From an uncultured Thermoplasmata archaeon (GTDB lineage Archaea > Thermoplasmatota > Thermoplasmata > Halarchaeoplasmatales > Halarchaeoplasmataceae), in assembly GCA_964602715.1 (NCBI GenBank), contig CAZRSB010000005.1, positions 1,105 to 65,104 of the forward strand: a DNA stretch of 64,000 nt. The letters are read 5' to 3'. The translations under genes were made by a program, and so were the position numbers. Positions 53,379 to 61,143 of the stretch are shown in pieces (within the stretch, counting starts at the first letter, position 1; the number at the start of each line of letters is the position of its first letter). The notes under the pieces are model-generated. The model saw nothing but the letters and a program-made list of their open reading frames with translations. It was not told the DNA's origin and did not search any database.

Positions 53379-53426
53379 AATCTCTTTTCTTTTTATTTAC
53401 TTTAGGTTGTTTTGATTAAGAGCGAT

Positions 53427-53441
53427 AATATTTATAAGGTA
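53427..53441 (+). promoter_or_regulatory. Putative BRE/TATA element (aatatttataaggta) upstream of the hybrid kinase gene
   Basis: A TTTATAA box about 50 nt upstream of the ATG. The identical 15-mer recurs upstream of the paralogous gene at 61078..61092. Confidence 0.35.
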
Positions 53442-53490
53442 TGAAAAAGATAATCATAATCAGATATATCCACAATAAAGGGAGTCAATC

Positions 53491-56400
53491 ATGAGGGTAT
53501 TATTAGTCGATGATGAGAAAGCCTTTTTGGAGCAGGCTAAACTTTTCCTCGAAAAAGAGGATGAGGAGTTCGATATCACTACAGCTTCCTCAGCAAAAGA
53601 AGGTTTAGATCATATTGATAATGATGATTTTGATGTCATCGTCTCAGATTACCAGATGCCTGGGATGGATGGATTAGAGTTTTTAGAGAAAGTTAAAAAA
53701 GAAAGAGAGATGGATATACCCTTCATCATCTTCACGGGAAAGGGAAGAGAAGAAGTAGCTATGGAAGCGTTGAATCTAGGCGCTGATCGTTATTTACAGA
53801 AAGGAGGCGATCCTAAGAGTCAGTATGGGGTCCTCGCTCGAGCGATCAAACAGGAGGAAAGACATTACAGAACTAGAGGAGAACTTAAAGTGAGTGAAGG
53901 GAAATATGAATCCCTAACTCAAGATGTTATGGATAATTCGGATGTTGCGATGTTTATTTTGGACTCTAATTTTGAGGTAGTTTGGATAAACAAAGCCGCT
54001 GAGAACTATTTCGGTATAGAAAAGGATGAAGTGATAGGAAAAGATAAAGAAGAATTGATAAGAGATAAGATCAAATATATTTTTGAAGATCCTGATCACT
54101 TTGAAGAAAAGGTGATATCTACATACAAAGAGAATACGTATATCGAAAATTTCGAGTGTCACGTCTTACAGGACGAAGAGGAAGGACTAGATGAAAGATG
54201 GCTGCAGCACTGGAGCAAACCGATTGAAACCGGTCTATATGAAGGAGGCCGGATGGAACATTACACCGATATAACAGCGTTGAAAAAGTCAGAAAGAGAA
54301 AAAGAAAAAAATCTAAAAGAGCTTGAAGAAAGAGTCAAGGAATTGAGCTGCTTATACTCTTTAGAGAGAATTATCGAAGAGAACGGAAGTATTGAAGAAG
54401 TATTAAGTCAGATAAGTGAGTTAATACCCTCTGGTTGGCAATATCCTAATCTAACTGAAGCTCGAATTACCTATAATGATCAAACATTTGAAACGGAGGA
54501 ATTTGAAGAGAGTCAATGGATGCAACAATCTAAAATAACTGTTGATGGTAGTGAAGTAGGAAAAATAGAAGTTAGTTACCTTGAAAAGAGATCTGAAAAG
54601 GATAATGGACCTTTTCTCGAAGCAGAGAGCGATCTGATAGAATCTATAGGTGAACATATAGGATCATTTTTGGAAAAGAAAATTGCAGAAGTGGAACTAG
54701 AGAGTGAAAAAGATCTGATGGAACAAATTGCAGAAACTAGTCCAGTATGTATTACTAAAGTAGATAGAGATGGAGATATAATATGGGCTAACCAACGGGC
54801 TGAGAAAATATTAGGGTTGGATAAAAGTGAAATTGAAGGTCGTACGTACGATGATACCAAATGGAAAATCACAGATTTTGAAGACAGGGAATATCCTGTA
54901 GAAGAATTACCCTTTGAATTGGTTAAGGAGAAGGAGGAAGCGGTCTATGATGTTAAACACGCGATCGAATGGCCGAATGGAGAGAAAAGATTCTTATCAG
55001 TAAATGCGACTCCACTTTATGATGATGAAGGTAACTTTGATGGGATGCTAGCCACCATAGATGATATTACTGGAGAAGTACAGAAAGAAAGAGAGCTTGA
55101 GGAGACTAAAAACCGCTTATACGAAATTATCGATGAGCTTTCAATAGCTACTTTTGTTTTAGATGATGAGCATGAAGTTACACATTGGAATAAGGCTTGT
55201 GAAGAACTCACCGGTCTTTCCAAAGATGAAATGATCGGGAAAAACCAACCATGGAAAGCTTTCTACGATAATGAAAGACCTGTCTTAGCAGATATGGTTG
55301 TTGAGGATGCATCTTTGGAAGAGATAAAAAAGCACTATGGTGAAAAAGTAGATAAAAGTCCTCTGATAAAAGGTGCTTATGAAGGAGAAGATCGTTTTAA
55401 GATGAAAGGAGAGGAAGTTTGGATATTTTTTACAGCCTCTCCTATCGAAGATTCTGAAGGTAACAGAATAGGAGCGATAGAAACACTCCAGGACACTACA
55501 GAATGGAGAAGGGTGGAAGAACAGTTGAAAAAGAATAAGAAAAGACTAGATAGGGCGATGGAATCAGGAAGATTAGCATGGTGGGAGATGGAGCTTCCTT
55601 CTGGTGAAGTACAGTTCGATGATAAAAAAGCTGAAATGTTAGGCTACTCGCCTGAAAAGTTTGAACATTATTCTGATTTTACTGATCTTCTGCATCCTGA
55701 GGATCATGATAAGGCAATGAAAGCGATGAAGGACCATATTGAAGGAAATGCGGAAAGATATGAAGTTGAATATCGAATCAAAAAGAAAGACGGTGATTAT
55801 AAATGGTTTAGAGATGTTGGGAGTATAACCCAAGAGAAGGATAATCATACAGTAGTTACGGGAATAGTAATCGATATAGATGAAAGAAAAGAGATACAGG
55901 AAAGGGAAGATATTTTACATTCCATATTGAGACACGATCTTAAAAACAAACTTCAGCTGTCTTTAGGATACGGTGAACTATTGAAAGAGGGTGATCTAAC
56001 GGAAGAACAAGAAAAGTACTTGGGAAAAGATTGGAATATGAAACAGCAATCTATAAAGCTGATAGATACGATAGAGAATTTAAGAAAGACTTGGAAAGAG
56101 GAAATGGAAAAGGTTTCTTTGGAAAATATTCTTGCTACAGCAGTAAACAAATATGAGCCGGAAGCCTCCCAAAGAGACATAGAGATAGAAGTTGAAGATG
56201 TAGATCCTTACGTTAAGGCTGGTTCTCTTTTGGATGAAGTGTTTTCCAATTTAATACTCAATTCTATCCTACATTCAAAATGTGATGAGATAAAGATATC
56301 TACATCAACTAAAGATGAAAATGTGACTGTTACGATAGAAGATGACGGCAAAGGCATTTCCGATGATAGGAAAGAAAAAATATTCGATAGAGGGTATAAA

Positions 56401-56535
56401 GATGAAGAGAGCAGTGGTTCTGGACTAGGACTCTTCTTTGTCAAAAAGATAATAGAATCATATTCAGGTGAAATAACGGTTGAAGATTCAGAGTTAGGTG
56501 GAGCAAAATTCAATGTTATACTCAAAAAACCTTAG
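53491..56535 (+). CDS. Hybrid sensor histidine kinase: REC, PAS x3-4, GAF-like segment, HisKA, HATPase_c
   Basis: 1014 aa with REC ('DYQMPGMDG...GKGREEVAMEALNLGADRYLQKGGDP'), H-box 'ILHSILRHDLKNKLQ' and ATP-lid 'GSGLGLFFVK'. Confidence 0.85.
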   Translation: MRVLLVDDEKAFLEQAKLFLEKEDEEFDITTASSAKEGLDHIDNDDFDVIVSDYQMPGMDGLEFLEKVKKEREMDIPFIIFTGKGREEVAMEALNLGADRYLQKGGDPKSQYGVLARAIKQEERHYRTRGELKVSEGKYESLTQDVMDNSDVAMFILDSNFEVVWINKAAENYFGIEKDEVIGKDKEELIRDKIKYIFEDPDHFEEKVISTYKENTYIENFECHVLQDEEEGLDERWLQHWSKPIETGLYEGGRMEHYTDITALKKSEREKEKNLKELEERVKELSCLYSLERIIEENGSIEEVLSQISELIPSGWQYPNLTEARITYNDQTFETEEFEESQWMQQSKITVDGSEVGKIEVSYLEKRSEKDNGPFLEAESDLIESIGEHIGSFLEKKIAEVELESEKDLMEQIAETSPVCITKVDRDGDIIWANQRAEKILGLDKSEIEGRTYDDTKWKITDFEDREYPVEELPFELVKEKEEAVYDVKHAIEWPNGEKRFLSVNATPLYDDEGNFDGMLATIDDITGEVQKERELEETKNRLYEIIDELSIATFVLDDEHEVTHWNKACEELTGLSKDEMIGKNQPWKAFYDNERPVLADMVVEDASLEEIKKHYGEKVDKSPLIKGAYEGEDRFKMKGEEVWIFFTASPIEDSEGNRIGAIETLQDTTEWRRVEEQLKKNKKRLDRAMESGRLAWWEMELPSGEVQFDDKKAEMLGYSPEKFEHYSDFTDLLHPEDHDKAMKAMKDHIEGNAERYEVEYRIKKKDGDYKWFRDVGSITQEKDNHTVVTGIVIDIDERKEIQEREDILHSILRHDLKNKLQLSLGYGELLKEGDLTEEQEKYLGKDWNMKQQSIKLIDTIENLRKTWKEEMEKVSLENILATAVNKYEPEASQRDIEIEVEDVDPYVKAGSLLDEVFSNLILNSILHSKCDEIKISTSTKDENVTVTIEDDGKGISDDRKEKIFDRGYKDEESSGSGLGLFFVKKIIESYSGEITVEDSELGGAKFNVILKKP

Positions 56536-56576
56536 AAAATCAGATTGTGTAATAAAATTAATATAATGATAAAGAG

Positions 56577-58055
56577 GTGTTAAAAATTATTATGAAAGAG
56601 ATGGAAACAAATGTTTTGGAAACAGGATTGGAAGGGTTAGACAAAACCTTGATGGGGGGCATTCCCGAAGGTCACGTTGTTCTTCTAACAGGAGAATCCG
56701 GAACTGGAAAAACTGTACTTTCGATGCAGTGGCTATTTGAAGGAGTAAAAGAATATGATTCTCCAGGGATGTATATTTCAGTTACCGAACCGTACAGTAA
56801 AGCGATAAAAAATGTCTCTTCTATGGGATTTTATGATGAAAAATTTGTCAAGTCGGGAGATTTGAGATTCACTGATCTGCGGAGCATGGTCCAACTCATG
56901 GATTTCGGTAGAAAGGGTGAAAAGACCAAAAGAGAGGATGTTGAAGAACTAGTAGATAGGATAGAAGAACTCGTTGAAGAAACAGAAGCGAAAAGGATGG
57001 TTATAGATTCGATAACCGCGGTAGGTTACATGATAGATGATATCGAGCTTTTCAGATATTTTATTTTTAGATTGGGTACTGTTCTCAGTACAAAAAATTG
57101 TACGATCTTTTTGACTTCAGAGTCGCGAGATGGAACTACACCGTTCAACGTTGAAGATTTTATATCGGATGGAATAATCAATCTCACCTATGACCATGGT
57201 GAGGAATCTGTTATAAGGCGGATTGAAGTAAATAAGATGAGAGGAATAGATTTTAGAAGCGGTACTGTTTTCTTTGAGATAGGAAACGACGGTATTACTG
57301 TTTTTCCTAAAGTTCCTATCGAGCGTAAGATAGCCTCAACTGATTTCCAGAAAAGGAAAAAAACAGGAATAGAAAAGCTAGATGAGATGCTTGGAGGAGG
57401 ATTTCCTATTGGCCATGTGATACTCGTTACAGGTAACACGGGAACGGGTAAAACCACTCTGTGTATGGAGTTCATGATCGAGGGTCTCGAGAAAGGAGAA
57501 AAGTGTATCTTCGTCAATTTAGAAGAACCACTTCCGCAGGTAAAGAAAACAGCTCTAGCGCATGGATGGGATTTTGAGAAATATGAGAATGAAGACCTTT
57601 TGAGATTTATAACGCCTCAATTGATCGATACCTATCCTGATAAGTTTCTATATGAGATTTTAAATGTAGTCGATGAGATGGATGCCGACCGGATCGTTAT
57701 AGATTCTGTCTCTTCATTACCTTCTGCCGGTCTGAGCGAAGATAAACTTAGGAGAGTTCTGCTTCAGTTGAATTCTACATTAAAGGCAAAAGGTGTAACC
57801 ACTCTGATGACACACTTAGTGAGTGGACTTTTTACTGAAGAGGCAGGAAGATCATTTGGATCAACTCAAGTGAGTGATTTGAGGTTGAGTTCACTTTGTG
57901 ACGGTATTTTGATGTTGAGATATAGAGAAGAAAAAATGAAAGTGGGAAAATCGATGAATATCCTTAAGATGAGAGGTATCAAACATGGTAAAGAGATAAG
58001 GAGATATGATATCACTGATGAAGGGGTAAATATAGGAGAAATATTGGAGGAATGA
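56577..58055 (+). CDS. kaiC: KaiC-like double RecA-domain ATPase
   Basis: 492 aa with two Walker A motifs ('GESGTGKT' and 'GNTGTGKT'), each preceded by the KaiC-type 'GG.P.GHV.L..G' pattern. Lies 41 nt downstream of the kinase stop. Confidence 0.8.
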   Translation: MLKIIMKEMETNVLETGLEGLDKTLMGGIPEGHVVLLTGESGTGKTVLSMQWLFEGVKEYDSPGMYISVTEPYSKAIKNVSSMGFYDEKFVKSGDLRFTDLRSMVQLMDFGRKGEKTKREDVEELVDRIEELVEETEAKRMVIDSITAVGYMIDDIELFRYFIFRLGTVLSTKNCTIFLTSESRDGTTPFNVEDFISDGIINLTYDHGEESVIRRIEVNKMRGIDFRSGTVFFEIGNDGITVFPKVPIERKIASTDFQKRKKTGIEKLDEMLGGGFPIGHVILVTGNTGTGKTTLCMEFMIEGLEKGEKCIFVNLEEPLPQVKKTALAHGWDFEKYENEDLLRFITPQLIDTYPDKFLYEILNVVDEMDADRIVIDSVSSLPSAGLSEDKLRRVLLQLNSTLKAKGVTTLMTHLVSGLFTEEAGRSFGSTQVSDLRLSSLCDGILMLRYREEKMKVGKSMNILKMRGIKHGKEIRRYDITDEGVNIGEILEE

Positions 58056-58056
58056 T

Positions 58057-58359
58057 ATGATGGAAAAGCCAGAAGGCATGGGAGAAATAAAAGTTTGGAT
58101 CTTTTACTCAAGCAGTACTGAACCGGAGTTATTGACATTTTATGCTGATGGTTTAGCCTACCTGAGAGAACAAGAGATTGAGATGGAAGTTATAGATATA
58201 GCTAAAGAGAAGGAAAAGGCAGAGAAATTTGAGATAAAAAGCACTCCTACAGTCCTAATAACAGAGAATGAAGAGGTAATAAAACGCTACCAGGTTGTGA
58301 GTTACTTGAGAGGTATTCTAGAGAGAGAGGAACTAGAAAAGATAATTGGTGATCTTTGA
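58057..58359 (+). CDS. kaiB: KaiB-like thioredoxin-fold protein
   Basis: 100 aa with 'KVWIFYSSS', 'STPTVLI' (cf. KaiB ATPTLV) and C-terminal 'IIGDL' (cf. KaiB RIIGDLS). Its start is adjacent to or overlaps the kaiC stop (ATGATATGATGG). Confidence 0.6.
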   Translation: MMEKPEGMGEIKVWIFYSSSTEPELLTFYADGLAYLREQEIEMEVIDIAKEKEKAEKFEIKSTPTVLITENEEVIKRYQVVSYLRGILEREELEKIIGDL

Positions 58360-58755
58360 GGTAAGGAAGAAAGATTGGATTTAAGTATTTATTTCTCTGA
58401 TTATAAAATAAAGATAGGAAAGAAGCGTATCAAAACCTTTTAGATATTACTATTCTATTCAAAAATCGCTTAATTGTATATAAACAAGGGCCTAATTTAT
58501 TTATAATATTCTAAAAGTATACAATATATATATTTGATATATATCGAGACTCGATTTCCTATTCGATTTTTTGATAATTTTTAATAATTTATTAAGTGTT
58601 TAAGCAATGTAATTGTTTGAAAATCTTTTTAGGTGCACTTAATTATTTTGAGTTTCTAATATATTTTTAATAATATTAGAACATGTCTAAAATATTTAAA
58701 TAAAATATCAGTTTAAATTAAACTGTTAAAAAATGGTAGATTTGGGTGAAAGATC

Positions 58756-59151
58756 ATGTTCGGAAAAAATGAAAAAATAGAAAAATTGGAGAAAAAAGTG
58801 GAGAAATATGAGGAGGCTTTCGATGATTTTTTGCAGATAGAAAAACGACTCAATGAGGGAGATTTGAGTGTTAAGATAAATGAAAAGAAATATCAGGGGA
58901 AAGCTAGGCAATTGGCTAAAGCATTAAAAGAAGATAAAAGACAGGCGTATAGAGCAGCTCTCCCCTCCAAGTATTTTGAGCTGGACGAAGAAATAAAATC
59001 AATGATGGAAGGCGATGCTAAAGTACAACTCCAAGAAAGGACTAAAGAACTCGACGCTATCAAAAGGAGTGATGAATTATTTGGTGAACTCGATGAAGAG
59101 CCGGAAAAACTTGTTGAGACATACGTACAGGAAGTACCGAATTGGCTATAA
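58756..59151 (+). CDS. Stand-alone HAMP-repeat fragment protein (MCP remnant or accessory)
   Basis: 131 aa predicted coiled coil. 'LNEGDLSVKINEKKYQGKARQLAKAL' matches the HAMP repeat unit of the large MCP. Confidence 0.4.
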   Translation: MFGKNEKIEKLEKKVEKYEEAFDDFLQIEKRLNEGDLSVKINEKKYQGKARQLAKALKEDKRQAYRAALPSKYFELDEEIKSMMEGDAKVQLQERTKELDAIKRSDELFGELDEEPEKLVETYVQEVPNWL

Positions 59152-59196
59152 TATCCAAAGGTAGCGGAAGCGAAGATACGAATCGGTGATGAAGTT

Positions 59197-60489
59197 ATGA
59201 AATCTTCAGGATATAAGCAGAGTGATCATCCTTTATCCGTGAGAGAGACTACGGAATATGGGACTGAAATTGAGATTACAACTGTTTACACAGAAAAGAG
59301 ACCGCAGGAAGACGATGGCCCATGGCTAAGAGAAGAAAGAGAACTCTTAGATACCCTATTAGGTTCTATAATCAGCTACGTTAATATGTGGGAAGATAGA
59401 CAGAAAATAGAGAGATCTATGGAAGATATAACTAGTTGCATGGAAGAATTGAAGAAAGGAAATCTAGATATTACAATGGATGCAGCTGAATATGAAGGTG
59501 CTTTCAAAGAGATGGCTAATTCAGTCAATGAAACGATGGAAAACGTAAGAAGAAATATCGAAGAAATCCAAAGAGCATCTAGAGAAGTTGATGACTTAGC
59601 CGAGCAAACCGAAACATCTTCTAAAGAATTGAGTTCTACAGCTGAAAATATATCTAGTTCTGTTCAAGAAATCTCAGAAGGTACTTCAGAACAGGCTAAG
59701 ATGGGAGAAGAGATGAAACAAGAGATGGAGTCTATAGCGGCTAATATGGAGGAAACTTCCGCTTCCGTAGAAGATATCGCTGCTTCTGCTGAAGAAGTCT
59801 CTGCTCAAACTGATGAAGGAACTGATCAAGCAAACATAGCAAAAGAAAGAGTGGAGGAACTACAAGATGTATTAGAAACTACAAAAGAAAAGGCATTCGA
59901 GTTAGATGAACAGTCCGATAAAATTGGTAAAGTGATAGAGACCATTTCTGACATTGCAGAGCAAACTAATCTATTAGCCTTGAATGCTGCGATAGAAGCC
60001 GCGAGAGCAGGAGAACACGGAAAAGGTTTCGCGGTCGTAGCGGACTCAGTTAGAGAATTAGCGGAAGAGACACAGGAAGAAACGGAAAATATCAAGGATA
60101 TTATAGAAAAAACACAGATCAACGCTTCCGATGTTGTAGAAGGCGTAAAAGATGTTACTGAGAAATCAGACGAAGTTAACGAAGTTACCGAGAAGAATCT
60201 GAATTCATTAGAGGAAATAAGAGAAGCTTCAGATACAGTATCTAGTTCGATACAAGACATATCAGGTGCGGTAGAGGATGTGACCGAGAAAGTCCAAAAG
60301 GCCTCCGAACAAATCCAAAATATAGCAGAAATAGCAGATCAGAATTCGAATGCAGCTGAATCTTCTGCTGCAGCCGCTGAAGAACAGAATGCTTCTGTAG
60401 AAGAACTATCTAGCTCAGCTCAACAGCTTTCCTCTCTAGCTGACAATCTATCTGATATGGTAAATGAGTATGAGATGGAGAAGGCATAG
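59197..60489 (+). CDS. Cytoplasmic (no TM) methyl-accepting chemotaxis protein, chimeric
   Basis: 430 aa. N-terminal residues 1-60 carry a GAF C-terminal-tail motif ('[21 protein letters not shown]', cf. 'KDNGPFLEAESDLIESIGEHI' in the 53491 kinase). One HAMP repeat follows, then an MCP signalling domain about 90% identical to that of the 49153 MCP. Confidence 0.85.
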   Translation: MKSSGYKQSDHPLSVRETTEYGTEIEITTVYTEKRPQEDDGPWLREERELLDTLLGSIISYVNMWEDRQKIERSMEDITSCMEELKKGNLDITMDAAEYEGAFKEMANSVNETMENVRRNIEEIQRASREVDDLAEQTETSSKELSSTAENISSSVQEISEGTSEQAKMGEEMKQEMESIAANMEETSASVEDIAASAEEVSAQTDEGTDQANIAKERVEELQDVLETTKEKAFELDEQSDKIGKVIETISDIAEQTNLLALNAAIEAARAGEHGKGFAVVADSVRELAEETQEETENIKDIIEKTQINASDVVEGVKDVTEKSDEVNEVTEKNLNSLEEIREASDTVSSSIQDISGAVEDVTEKVQKASEQIQNIAEIADQNSNAAESSAAAAEEQNASVEELSSSAQQLSSLADNLSDMVNEYEMEKA

Positions 60490-60507
60490 ATAAAAAGAGG
60501 TGGTTAG

Positions 60508-61008
60508 ATGGGAATTCAAGAAAAGATTGCGTCTGAGGAGTCAATGCAAATTGTGATATTCAGGCTAGGAGAGGATTACCTCTCCTGTCCTATTTCTCAA
60601 GTGAGGGAGATAATACAATTAGAAAAAGTAACGCCGGTTCCTTCGACTCCAGAAGAGATTCGAGGGATCATCAACAGGAGAGGAGAGATAATAACCATTG
60701 TAGATCTTCCCAAAGTTATAGATGTAGGTTTAAAGCTCAAGGAAACCGAGTCTCAACTTCTGATATTGTACAGTGAGGATGAAAATGTTGGAGTGATGAC
60801 TTCAGAAGTCACTGAGATTCCAACTGTTGATACGAACTCCATTGAACCTCCATCTGATACTATGGAAACCCCGATAAATAGGGAATATTTGGAGGGCATA
60901 ATAAAACGAGAGGAAAGATTAGTTCTTTTCGTCGATCTGTTGGCATTGGTGGAAAATCTCTCTCAGCAAGATTTAGATAGAGCCGCTGAATTCGGTGAAG
61001 GTGAATGA
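60508..61008 (+). CDS. cheW: Chemotaxis coupling protein CheW (second copy)
   Basis: 166 aa, about 92% identical to the CheW at 52866..53378. Confidence 0.9.
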   Translation: MGIQEKIASEESMQIVIFRLGEDYLSCPISQVREIIQLEKVTPVPSTPEEIRGIINRRGEIITIVDLPKVIDVGLKLKETESQLLILYSEDENVGVMTSEVTEIPTVDTNSIEPPSDTMETPINREYLEGIIKREERLVLFVDLLALVENLSQQDLDRAAEFGEGE

Positions 61009-61077
61009 AAAACAAAATTTTAATTTTTACTCTTTATTATCTTTTATTCTGATTTGATTATTAATATTAAAGACAAT

Positions 61078-61092
61078 AATATTTATAAGGTA
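61078..61092 (+). promoter_or_regulatory. Putative BRE/TATA element (aatatttataaggta), second copy
   Basis: Identical 15-mer to 53427..53441, about 50 nt upstream of the 61144 ATG. Confidence 0.35.
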
Positions 61093-61143
61093 CAAAGAGG
61101 ATATTTAGTACCAATACACCCCCAAAAATAATAGGAGGCTATA

